Assembly (NCBI GenBank): GCA_015522685.1
Contig: WALU01000032.1
Span: forward strand, 32,001-96,000
DNA: 64,000 nucleotides
DNA from: Thermoproteota archaeon
GTDB taxonomy: Archaea > Korarchaeota > Korarchaeia > Korarchaeales > Korarchaeaceae
Direction of reading: 5' to 3'
A program made the translations under genes and the position numbers. This document shows, piece by piece, positions 8,998-17,831 of the stretch; position 1 is the stretch's first letter, and the number at the start of each line of letters is the position of its first letter. The notes under the pieces are model-generated. The model was not told the DNA's origin. It made no database searches and saw nothing but the letters and a program-made list of their open reading frames with translations.

Positions 8998-10380
8998 ATG
9001 AGGAGGGTCCTAGTCGAAGACCTAGAAGCGATCATCAGATCAAGAGAGGCTAAAGTTTCCGTCGTCGGGCAAGGATATATAGGGTTACCGACATCCCTAC
9101 TTATAGCAAAAGCGGGTTTTTCGGTGTATGGTTACGATATTAATCAGAGCTTGGTAAGGAATCTCTCAATTGGGAAAACTAAACTTACTAAGGAGAGAGG
9201 GATAAAGAATCTAATCAGTGAGCTAAAAGGCAAAAATTACATACCAACAAGTAACCTCGAAGATCTTCTTGGATCGGATGTTGTAATAATAGCGGTCCCA
9301 ACTCCTAAAAGTAGAGAAAGACCTGACATAAGCATGGTATTGGAGGCTTTAAAAAGTGCTTTAGAATCTATAAGAGCTGGCGGACTTATAATAATAGAGA
9401 GTACCCTTCCACCTAGGACATTTTACGATGTAGTAATCTCTAGAGTAGAGGAACATGGTTTCAGAGTAGGCCGAGATATTTTCCTAGCCTACTGCCCGGA
9501 AAGAGCGCTTCCAGGGAATCTCCTTCACGAGCTAGTTAATAATTTCAGAGTAATCGGCGCAGCTGATGAACGTTCAGGTCGGCTAGCTAGACTCCTCTAT
9601 AGCTCATTTGTTAAGGCAGATATAGAGATAGTCGATCCACTTACAGCTGAAATGGTTAAACTGGTTGAGAATTCTTATAGGGATGTGAATATAGCATTCG
9701 CTAATGAGGTAGTGAGAATATGCGAAGTCCTAGGTCTTGATGTAAGAGAAGTGAGGAGATTGGCTAATAAGCATCCAAGAGTTCACATGCTAGTTCCAGG
9801 GATAGGCGTTGGAGGAAGCTGCCTAACAAAAGATCCTCTATTTCTCTTCTGGATATCGAAGGAAAATGGTTATTCACCGGATTTGATAAAAAATGCTAGA
9901 GATCTAAACTCTGAAATGCCCTATCACTACGCTAGGATCCTAGATGACGTAATTAGGAGAATAACTGACAGAAGTACAGGTATTATAGCAGTTTTGGGAG
10001 CAACTTATAAAGGAGGTGTTCCTGATCCTAGAGAATCACCAGTAGAGCCCTTTGTTAAAGAACTTATAAAGAGAGGGCACACTGTAAAGGTCTATGATCC
10101 TCTAGTTAGATCTTCTTTCGGAGGTATCTATGTTTCGAACATGATGGAAGCCGTTAAGGATTCGGATGCTATAGCTTTTGTTACGGATCATAGTGAATTC
10201 AAGTTCATCGATCTAAATAAGCTAAGAAAATCTACTGATAAAAAGCAGGTTGTTCTTTTTGATGGAAGATTATTATTTGATCCATCTGAGGCAGAAAAAG
10301 CTGGATTTATTTACATATCCGTTGGCAGGTCTCTTAGAAGATTAGAGGAAAGAATGATAAAATTAAATCACCATTCATGA
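8998..10380 (+). CDS. Nucleotide-sugar dehydrogenase (UDP-ManNAc dehydrogenase/WecC family)
   Basis: GQGYIGLP, IAVPTP, ESTLPP, CPER, KLVENSYRDVNIA, GVGGSCL. Confidence 0.9.
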   Translation: MRRVLVEDLEAIIRSREAKVSVVGQGYIGLPTSLLIAKAGFSVYGYDINQSLVRNLSIGKTKLTKERGIKNLISELKGKNYIPTSNLEDLLGSDVVIIAVPTPKSRERPDISMVLEALKSALESIRAGGLIIIESTLPPRTFYDVVISRVEEHGFRVGRDIFLAYCPERALPGNLLHELVNNFRVIGAADERSGRLARLLYSSFVKADIEIVDPLTAEMVKLVENSYRDVNIAFANEVVRICEVLGLDVREVRRLANKHPRVHMLVPGIGVGGSCLTKDPLFLFWISKENGYSPDLIKNARDLNSEMPYHYARILDDVIRRITDRSTGIIAVLGATYKGGVPDPRESPVEPFVKELIKRGHTVKVYDPLVRSSFGGIYVSNMMEAVKDSDAIAFVTDHSEFKFIDLNKLRKSTDKKQVVLFDGRLLFDPSEAEKAGFIYISVGRSLRRLEERMIKLNHHS

Positions 10381-11457
10381 TATATGATTAACTAAAAAGC
10401 TAGGAAATGATATTATCTTCATCCCTTTATACTTATTTTTCCCCTCTAATACTTTAGATATCATGGAATAGCATGCAGGTTCTTCTATCATAAAATAGTC
10501 TGCGTCTGAATCGCTTGCTATCTCCGATATCTTCTTAAACCACTCATCGAACTTCTCTGGTTCAGATTGATAGATGAGAGTTGCCCCACAATCACAGCAG
10601 ATCCAATTAGGAGTATCGATCACAACAGCATTTTTTATTCTCTCTAATATTCTCCTTGCCGCACCATTTGAGTGGCACGATCTTATTAAAAAGATCTTGT
10701 TCTTTTTTCTCTTCATGCTCTTAGTTTTTATTTTATTTGACTCTAATGCCTCATCCACGAAGGATGAGAAATATTTCATCTCAAGATCTGGAAATAGACT
10801 GGCGCATAGAGAACAACCTGATACAACTACCTTAGGAGAGAGTTCTTTAATGAACTTTAATAGATTCTCCTTAGATTCCTCTGCACTATCTCTTTCTCCT
10901 ATTACATATAAGAGTCCTCCACAGCATGGTTCGTTTGGGCCAGCGGGAGCGACATTTGGAGCTATCTTCTGCAGGATTTTGCTCATATTGATAGCTACAT
11001 CCGGGGCTGTATGAACCCAACATCCAGCAAAGAAAAGAATATCTGCGTTTTTCTCCGGTTGGAAATCAGGAGGTAGCCAAACTCCCTTGGTTAGCCCCTC
11101 CCCTATAGGGCTTCCAGTTCTCCTTCTAGCATCTCTCATATCCACAGTTACCAAGGGCACATATCCTATATCTACCAGAGAAGACCGAGATTTTACTATA
11201 ATATCAAATACATCAATTCCTACTGGACAAAGATCCATGCAAAGGCCACAATTAATACATGTAAATATGTATCCAAGGAATTCCTCTGTCAAATCTATCT
11301 TATTATTTCCTAGCATGGATATGAGCTTTATCCTCGCTCTGGCTCCCTCAGTTTCTTTAAAATCACTTACATGAAACATGGGACAGGAAATATTGCATGC
11401 TCCGCATCCTATACAACGGCTTAGTTCCTTCATTAAGCTACGGCTGAATTTAACCAC
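10375..11457 (-). CDS. Fe-S oxidoreductase (GlcF/HdrD-like: two [4Fe-4S] motifs plus CCG domains)
   Basis: CIGCGACNISCP, CINCGLCMDLCP, FFAGC, CCGG, SGCSLC. Confidence 0.85.
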   Translation of the reverse strand: MVKFSRSLMKELSRCIGCGACNISCPMFHVSDFKETEGARARIKLISMLGNNKIDLTEEFLGYIFTCINCGLCMDLCPVGIDVFDIIVKSRSSLVDIGYVPLVTVDMRDARRRTGSPIGEGLTKGVWLPPDFQPEKNADILFFAGCWVHTAPDVAINMSKILQKIAPNVAPAGPNEPCCGGLLYVIGERDSAEESKENLLKFIKELSPKVVVSGCSLCASLFPDLEMKYFSSFVDEALESNKIKTKSMKRKKNKIFLIRSCHSNGAARRILERIKNAVVIDTPNWICCDCGATLIYQSEPEKFDEWFKKISEIASDSDADYFMIEEPACYSMISKVLEGKNKYKGMKIISFPSFLVNHIS

Positions 11458-11463
11458 CCACTT

Positions 11464-12801
11464 TCACCTCTCGATCAACTTTCCAGGGTTCATTATCCAG
11501 TTCGGATCGAGTGCCTCCTTAACACTGGAAAAGATAGATACAAATCCCTCATCCATATCAGAAGTTATCTTAGTAATGCCTGCTCCTATACCAAAACCTA
11601 TAGAACCGCCTAAAGCTATAGTCCTATCTATCACATTAAATATAGCTTTCTCTGTTCTTTTAACCTCTTTCTCATCTGTTGGATCATAAAGAAAGATTGC
11701 CATTACCCATCCTAATAACGGGTTAAATACTGTAACTACAGGGAGTTTAAGTCTAGATCCAGTCCTATCTATCTCTTGAATGGCATCTCTAGTAAGATGA
11801 GTATGTACTAATAAGCTTATGACTCTCATAGCCGATTTTCTCCTTTTTGCAAGCTCGTAAATGCTTTTTCTTCTCTCCCATATACTATCTGCCTCTTCTG
11901 TGTCTATTTCCTCGAAAGGTATATCCATCTCCTTAAAGATGGACCTGAGCTTGGAACTCCATACATCGGCACATTCCTTTGTTCCAGATACTTCCAAAAA
12001 AGAGACAGCCTCGGCACCCTTCTCACCAATTAGCTCTTTATAGTTATGATATGCTTCAAAACCGGCTATGGATATGTTTGCTCTCTTAATGGCCGTTTGT
12101 ATAGACACAGCATCGGATATATCGATCATCTCTATCTTATAGGCGATTCTGCTCTCCGGCCTCAAAGGAAGCCTTAAAAGAGCGGACGTAAATATTCCCA
12201 AAGTTCCCTCGGATCCTATAAGCAGGTTGAGTATATTCCTCTTGCTAGGGGGACCAGGTTGTTCTACTAAAAGAGTTTCTCCTGTAGGCAGGACTACCTC
12301 AACTCCCAAAACCATCGCTGCCGTCGTACCATACTTAACAGAAAGAGGAGATGCCGCATCCTCTGCTATAAGGCCCCCAACTGTAGAAAATCCCATACCA
12401 TCTGGGTTTATTGGCATAAACCTATTGGATAAGACTTTGTTAAGGTCCAATAATCTTAGGCCAGCTTCTACCCTAACAAGCCCAGTATACTCATCTTTCT
12501 CAAGGATCTTGTTCATCATCTGCATATCTACTACTATACTACCTTCGATGGGAAGGGGACCTCCAACCAAAGAAGTACCTGAGCCTCTAGGTACTAAAGG
12601 CACGCCATATTTATTCGCCACTTCAATGATGAAGGATATATCCTCTAGCTCAACTGGTCGGACTACTGCTGAGGGGATGTATTGCATTCCAGATGCATCA
12701 TAAGAATATGCTGATCTATCTAGATCCTCAATTAGAACATATCTTTCACCCAATTGAGAGGCAATTTCTTCTACAGCTTTAATAGCAGGTTCTTCAGCCA
12801 T
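11464..12801 (-). CDS. FAD-linked oxidoreductase (GlcD/D-lactate dehydrogenase family)
   Basis: PRGSGTSLVGG, STVGG, KYG, GSEGTLGI, K.ALDPNWIMNPGK; start trimmed to MAEEP. Confidence 0.85.
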   Translation of the reverse strand: MAEEPAIKAVEEIASQLGERYVLIEDLDRSAYSYDASGMQYIPSAVVRPVELEDISFIIEVANKYGVPLVPRGSGTSLVGGPLPIEGSIVVDMQMMNKILEKDEYTGLVRVEAGLRLLDLNKVLSNRFMPINPDGMGFSTVGGLIAEDAASPLSVKYGTTAAMVLGVEVVLPTGETLLVEQPGPPSKRNILNLLIGSEGTLGIFTSALLRLPLRPESRIAYKIEMIDISDAVSIQTAIKRANISIAGFEAYHNYKELIGEKGAEAVSFLEVSGTKECADVWSSKLRSIFKEMDIPFEEIDTEEADSIWERRKSIYELAKRRKSAMRVISLLVHTHLTRDAIQEIDRTGSRLKLPVVTVFNPLLGWVMAIFLYDPTDEKEVKRTEKAIFNVIDRTIALGGSIGFGIGAGITKITSDMDEGFVSIFSSVKEALDPNWIMNPGKLIER

Positions 12802-12871
12802 GTTTAACCCTAAGATCAGAATAGATCTAGAAAATGTAATAACTTTTCCTTGAGAGATTTTATGGTGAGCG

Positions 12872-13981
12872 GTGATGCTTAGGCTATTACTCGAGAATCT
12901 CCACGCTAAGTTAGGTGCGAAGTTTTTCAAATTCGCTGGATGGAACATGCCAATGAAGTACACAAATTCGCTGAAGGAGACCCTTGCTGTGCGAAATTAT
13001 GCCGGGGTGTTTGATATATCTCATATGGGTCGATTCATCCTAGAGGGACCTAATGTAATAGAGTTCCTTCAGAGAGCAACGTCTAATAATATAAAAATTT
13101 CAAATGGTAAGACTAGATATACACTAACTCTGAACGAGAATGGTGGCATAAAAGATGATAATGTAATGTTTAAGCTCTCAGATGATAAAGTATTATTCAT
13201 TGTCAATGCGTCTAATAGAGAGAAAATATGGAATTGGTTTCAGAATCTCCTCTCACAATGGAATCTGAATGTTAAAATTAGTGATGAAACTCTAAAAACG
13301 GTTATGATAGCTATTCAGGGTCCAAAGGCTAAAAAACTTACTCATGAAGTGTTAGGCATAACATACAATCTCCGAAAATTTAGGGTAGTAAAAAGTAGAC
13401 AGAATGGAGTCGATTATGTTCTAAGTACGACGGGATATACAGGAGAAGATGGGTATGAGATAGTGACCTGGGATATAAAATGGGCAGAGAGGATACTAAA
13501 TTCTTTGATTGAAAAAGGGACTGTTCCTTGTGGCTTGGTAGCTAGAGACATTCTCAGGCTTGAAGCCGGACTTGTCCTCTATGGGAACGATATAGAAGAG
13601 GACATAAACCCATTCGAAGCTAAACTAGACTTCGCGGTCAATCTGTCTAAGGAATACTTCGTAGGTAAAGAGGCTCTAGAAAAAGTGAAACAGAAAGGTA
13701 TTTCAAGGATAAGAGTTGGATTTTTGAGCAAAACGAGAAATTCTCCTAGGAAGGGTGATACTATATATAAAAACGGCAGTCAAGTAGGGATGATCACTAG
13801 CGGAACGTTCAGTCCTACAATAGGCAAAGGGATCGGAATAGGATATATTTCACCGGATTTAGCAGGAATAGACAAGGAATTAACCGTAAAAGGTGTAAAA
13901 GAGCTGAAAGTAAGGATATGCAAACTGCCCTTCTACAATGAAAGTATGTTTGGATGGAGAAGAAAAACGAGAGCTACCTGA
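12872..13981 (+). CDS. gcvT: Glycine cleavage system aminomethyltransferase T
   Basis: FAGWNMP, FDISHMG, TGYTGEDGYE, ARDILRLEAG. Confidence 0.93.
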   Translation: MMLRLLLENLHAKLGAKFFKFAGWNMPMKYTNSLKETLAVRNYAGVFDISHMGRFILEGPNVIEFLQRATSNNIKISNGKTRYTLTLNENGGIKDDNVMFKLSDDKVLFIVNASNREKIWNWFQNLLSQWNLNVKISDETLKTVMIAIQGPKAKKLTHEVLGITYNLRKFRVVKSRQNGVDYVLSTTGYTGEDGYEIVTWDIKWAERILNSLIEKGTVPCGLVARDILRLEAGLVLYGNDIEEDINPFEAKLDFAVNLSKEYFVGKEALEKVKQKGISRIRVGFLSKTRNSPRKGDTIYKNGSQVGMITSGTFSPTIGKGIGIGYISPDLAGIDKELTVKGVKELKVRICKLPFYNESMFGWRRKTRAT

Positions 13982-14306
13982 CCTTACCTAACACCACATG
14001 ACTTACGGTTTTAGCGAGCCTTCTCGTTTCAACTATTTTTACAAGATCTCCCTCACTAACCTCCATACATGGAGGAAGATGTGCATGGATTTTGCTTCTT
14101 CTTTTCTCATATCTCTTGTATTTCGGTTTATACTGAAGGTATTCTACTAAAACGGTTATGGTGCCAGTCATCTTCATGCTTAATACTCTTCCTACGGTAG
14201 CCTTCCCTCTAATAGAGATTGATCCATGCCATGGACATCTATCATCATTGCATTCTCTCTCAGGAGGAACTACATCTCTGATTAGACTTTCAGGTAGCCT
14301 TTTCAT
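13974..14306 (-). CDS. rps17: 30S ribosomal protein uS17
   Basis: CNDDRCPWHG, KYKRYEKRRSKIHAHLPPC, ETRRLAKT. Confidence 0.96.
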   Translation of the reverse strand: MKRLPESLIRDVVPPERECNDDRCPWHGSISIRGKATVGRVLSMKMTGTITVLVEYLQYKPKYKRYEKRRSKIHAHLPPCMEVSEGDLVKIVETRRLAKTVSHVVLGKVR

Positions 14307-14575
14307 GCTCTCTTCACCCTCTCCTCAGGCCTTCCTATCAATTTATCACCTATTATGGTAACTTCCCTATCGTCCGGGAGTCTAAATAAAAATATCCTCT
14401 TCTCTTTAGATATCATGGAATCATGCTCCTTGGTCCTTATTATAAGCGTGTTCTTCGTTTCGTAAATAACTTGGCCCTCAATACTCATCTCTCTTAAATT
14501 AGGTGTCAATAACAACATCACCTCTAAGCCTATTAATTCATGATAGAGAATATTGGATGGCTTTATTGGCGCTAT
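14303..14575 (-). CDS. rnp1: RNase P protein Rpp29/Pop4 (probable ATA start)
   Basis: HELIGLEV, GQVIYETKNTL, GRPEERVK; position between L29 and S17. HELIGL lies upstream of the first canonical start (GTG 14521). Confidence 0.88.
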   Translation of the reverse strand: MAPIKPSNILYHELIGLEVMLLLTPNLREMSIEGQVIYETKNTLIIRTKEHDSMISKEKRIFLFRLPDDREVTIIGDKLIGRPEERVKRA

Positions 14576-14781
14576 AACTTAATCCCTCTTTCTCTGAGAA
14601 TTGTTAGTATTCTAGCCTTCTCTTTTCTCAAGGATCTGCTTAAGTGTATCTTCTCAGCTGCGCCCAGCAGTCTCTTAGCCTCCATTAAAAAATACTCTTT
14701 TTCAACATCCCTTAATCTCTCAAATAGCTCTTCATTAGTCATTCCTCTCAATTCTTCAACTTCCCTTGGTGACATTGCCAT
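14572..14781 (-). CDS. rpl29: 50S ribosomal protein uL29
   Basis: ELRGMTNEEL...RKEKARILTILRE; GGAGGTG RBS; cluster position. Confidence 0.92.
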   Translation of the reverse strand: MAMSPREVEELRGMTNEELFERLRDVEKEYFLMEAKRLLGAAEKIHLSRSLRKEKARILTILRERGIKL

Positions 14782-15589
14782 CCACCTCCTCAGAAGGTTT
14801 ATCTTCTCCCTTCTCATTATCCTTATTTAGGCTTTCTTGCTCCTCAGCTTGACCAGTTTCTTCCTTGATAGCAGGTTCTATGGCCTCTACAAGCTCCTCA
14901 GGAACCTCCACACTAACCTCTGGCGTAGTTAACTTCTCCCTTTCCTCACTGAGCTTCTGTTTAACCTCCTCTATTAGCTTCTCATTTATCCTTATTTCAT
15001 CAGCTCTCTCTACATCAGGTCTTACTATTCTAACTTTCACTCCTATAATACCTTGAGGCATGAGTATGTGCTTTACGATATAATCAACCTTCTCTATCTG
15101 ATCCTGTCCACACCTGTAAATGACTCCCGCTCTAAATCTCTCTTCTCTCGCTCTTTGGCTACCGAACTTACCAGATAGTCTTATCTCTACTCCCTTAGCT
15201 CCAGCCATCATGACACGCCTAAGAGTGGAAAAAGCTACCCTTTTATACCTCTCTCCTCTAGCTATCCTCCTAGCTATATAACTAGCAACTATTCTTGCAC
15301 TTAAGAATGGCTCCTCTACCTTTTTAGCCTGAATGTAAGGATTAGAAATACCTAAATTTTCTTTTATCATCTCGCCTATCTTCTTAGAAGTTCTTCCTCC
15401 TCTTCCTATTATTATACCTGGTCTCTCCACGTAAACGGTTATTATATCCCTCACAGGAGTAGAGGATACATTGACCCCATGAAAGCCTGCCTTTTCGGCT
15501 ACTCTCTCCATGAGTTCATGGAGAGAATAACGGACAATGCCTTCTTGGACTACCTTCTTATAACTAGGCTGAGTTTTCATACTACTCAT
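14756..15589 (-). CDS. rps3: 30S ribosomal protein uS3 with acidic C-terminal tail
   Basis: ERPGIIIGRGG KH motif, GAKGVEIRLSGK, QGIIGVKVRI. Confidence 0.96.
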   Translation of the reverse strand: MSSMKTQPSYKKVVQEGIVRYSLHELMERVAEKAGFHGVNVSSTPVRDIITVYVERPGIIIGRGGRTSKKIGEMIKENLGISNPYIQAKKVEEPFLSARIVASYIARRIARGERYKRVAFSTLRRVMMAGAKGVEIRLSGKFGSQRAREERFRAGVIYRCGQDQIEKVDYIVKHILMPQGIIGVKVRIVRPDVERADEIRINEKLIEEVKQKLSEEREKLTTPEVSVEVPEELVEAIEPAIKEETGQAEEQESLNKDNEKGEDKPSEEVDGNVTKGS

Positions 15590-16056
15590 TCTTCCACCTC
15601 TCTTTCCTCTAATACTATCTCTACGTGAACCATCTGCTCAATCCTAGGACTAGCTCTCCCATATGCTCTGGGAAATATCCTCTTAAGCTTTGCACCTATT
15701 TGAGCGGCGGCATGTTTAACATAAAGGTTGTCCGGATCTAAGTCCTTACTAGTTGCATTATGCTCTGCACTTTTCAGGATCTTCTTCACAAGCTTGGCGG
15801 CCTTCACCGGATATCTGCCGGGTTTCCACTCCTTCAGCTCCTTTCTATGAGGCACTGTTCTCTTAAACCTTCTAAAGGGTACGGCCCTCTTTAGAGCTAT
15901 CACATCATCAAGTATCTGATAAGCCTCAGAGAGCTCCTTTCCTCTAATGCTCCTTAGAAGCTCTACTGTTTCTTTAAATGATACCCTTAGATCCCTTCCA
16001 GAAGCCATTGCCTCTCGCTCGTCAGTAGCGCTATATGAGTATCCCCATGTTGGCAA
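15586..16056 (-). CDS. rpl22: 50S ribosomal protein uL22
   Basis: LRVSFKET, GRYPVKAA, PRAYGRA, HVEIVL. Confidence 0.96.
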   Translation of the reverse strand: MPTWGYSYSATDEREAMASGRDLRVSFKETVELLRSIRGKELSEAYQILDDVIALKRAVPFRRFKRTVPHRKELKEWKPGRYPVKAAKLVKKILKSAEHNATSKDLDPDNLYVKHAAAQIGAKLKRIFPRAYGRASPRIEQMVHVEIVLEEREVEE

Positions 16057-16103
16057 CTTTCTTTACCTCCTTCGGTTGGCATACCTTGGAGGTGTTTATA
16101 AAA

Positions 16104-16808
16104 ATGCTTGAAGCTGTCAGCTTAGTAGCTATAGATGTAGATGGTACCCTAACTTATAAGGAGCCATATATTCACTTGGGTGCCATTAAATCTCTTAGAT
16201 CTCTAGGTAAGGAGGTACCTATCACCTTGGTTACTGGAAATCCTTATCCTATCGCCTATGCTCTCACCGTTTATCTGAGGCCATATGACAAAGTGATAGG
16301 TATAGCAGAAAACGGTGCTGTAATCTATATAGGAAATAGAGAGATATTAGAGGGAAATATTGAAGTGATGGAAAATGTGAGGAAATTTTTGATGAAGCGA
16401 GGATACTATAAATATATTTCTGAAGATTCCAAATTCAGATTTGTGGATATAGCGCTCAGAATGAAGCCGGAGGATCAGGAGAGGCTGAAGAAGGATTTAT
16501 CTGAGGCTGGATTTGATGTTGAGACAACTTCCAGTGGATACGCTATACATGTACTTCCACGAGAAATCAGCAAAGGAACAGGTCTTCTTACCCTATGCAA
16601 GGAGATGAATATAAGTTGTAAAGAAGTCGTAGCGATAGGGGACTCCTATAACGACATAAGCATGTTCTCTGCCGCTGGTCTCTCTATAACCCTCCCAAAT
16701 GCTCCTGAAGATGTGAAAAAGAAAGCAGATATTGTGATAGGCGGACCTGGTTATGGCTATAGCCTGCCTTTGGCCCTAAAAGTGGTTAAAAGGATCATTT
16801 CTCCTTAG
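16104..16808 (+). CDS. HAD IIB phosphatase (archaeal phosphoglycolate phosphatase type)
   Basis: DVDGTLT, VTGN, AENGA, SKG, GDSYND; start trimmed to MLEAV. Confidence 0.88.
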   Translation: MLEAVSLVAIDVDGTLTYKEPYIHLGAIKSLRSLGKEVPITLVTGNPYPIAYALTVYLRPYDKVIGIAENGAVIYIGNREILEGNIEVMENVRKFLMKRGYYKYISEDSKFRFVDIALRMKPEDQERLKKDLSEAGFDVETTSSGYAIHVLPREISKGTGLLTLCKEMNISCKEVVAIGDSYNDISMFSAAGLSITLPNAPEDVKKKADIVIGGPGYGYSLPLALKVVKRIISP

Positions 16809-17763
16809 ATTCTCTTCTCTTAGAACCTCTTTCGAGCTTGATCCTCCAGTACACATAAGCACTAACTATTATTGGGAGTATTGAAGCTAATAATATCTCT
16901 TGCACAGGAAGATGAGGTTCCGTCTTTTGTACTATGACTATTAAAGACTTTCCATCCTCTTGAAGCTGAGGAACGAATTCCCATAAGGCATCATTCCATA
17001 ATACTAGCTTAGGAGTGGGACTTCCTCCTAAAACCTCAATGTTATTGTTTGTAAAGTTGACCCACACATTAGCGGATATATCGTTTGGTAAGGCTATGGT
17101 TAAAGGGGTTAGATCTATATAATAGTAGCCACTAGTGCTTTTTCTTAATTCCAGAGGGAGCGTGTCAACTGTAACAGCGTAATCTACAATCATAGCCCCG
17201 GTGGCAGCTTGGATCTCAGTCTTGTAGGATACACTGAGGCGCTTAATCTTGCTATCTCTCGTTGAGCAAGAAGCTATGGCAGTTATTCCCGTATAGTTTA
17301 CGAAGGGAGTGACTCTATATGTCACATTAACAAAATTCCACCTTATACCGTATAATAGAAGAAACTTATCTCCATAGAGGAAGTTCATCATAGTATAGAC
17401 TGTTGCATTGTTAAATTGCCCCATTGCTGCAGCCTTGGTGAAGAAGCTAGCTCTTATTGTAGGCTCTCCCGGTCTAGGGATGGCAATCATAGAATAGGTC
17501 CCTCTAGGGCCGGCTTGGGTCATTTTCAATGTTATGTTTCCACTATAGTTGATCCAATTAAGGATGGGAGCCTTTAGCATATTGGAGAAGTATAGAGTCT
17601 CTGGCTTATGTATAAGACGAAATATCTCCGCTTTCATTGTAGTAGATAGATCATTATGAATCTCTATTGTCACTTTAGGCATAGGTCTCGATGAATGAGC
17701 TGGTAGCACGTTAAGGCTAATGAGAATGATAGATGCTATCAGTACTGTTTGAAGTTTTCTCAT
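16795..17763 (-). CDS. Hypothetical exported protein with C-terminal membrane anchor
   Basis: N-terminal signal peptide, beta-rich body with N-x-S/T sequons, C-terminal hydrophobic helix plus basic tail. Confidence 0.7.
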   Translation of the reverse strand: MRKLQTVLIASIILISLNVLPAHSSRPMPKVTIEIHNDLSTTMKAEIFRLIHKPETLYFSNMLKAPILNWINYSGNITLKMTQAGPRGTYSMIAIPRPGEPTIRASFFTKAAAMGQFNNATVYTMMNFLYGDKFLLLYGIRWNFVNVTYRVTPFVNYTGITAIASCSTRDSKIKRLSVSYKTEIQAATGAMIVDYAVTVDTLPLELRKSTSGYYYIDLTPLTIALPNDISANVWVNFTNNNIEVLGGSPTPKLVLWNDALWEFVPQLQEDGKSLIVIVQKTEPHLPVQEILLASILPIIVSAYVYWRIKLERGSKRRESKEK

Positions 17764-17831
17764 GATTCACACCTTTCGACAAACCCTAACTGCATTCTTT
17801 ATTTAAATAACCACCCTCAACTTACTCGGAT

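Noticed and set aside
12802-12963. N-terminal extension of the GlcD-like ORF overlapping gcvT
   Set aside because: Family similarity begins at MAEEP (12801); the extension is the antisense of gcvT and the shared promoter region.
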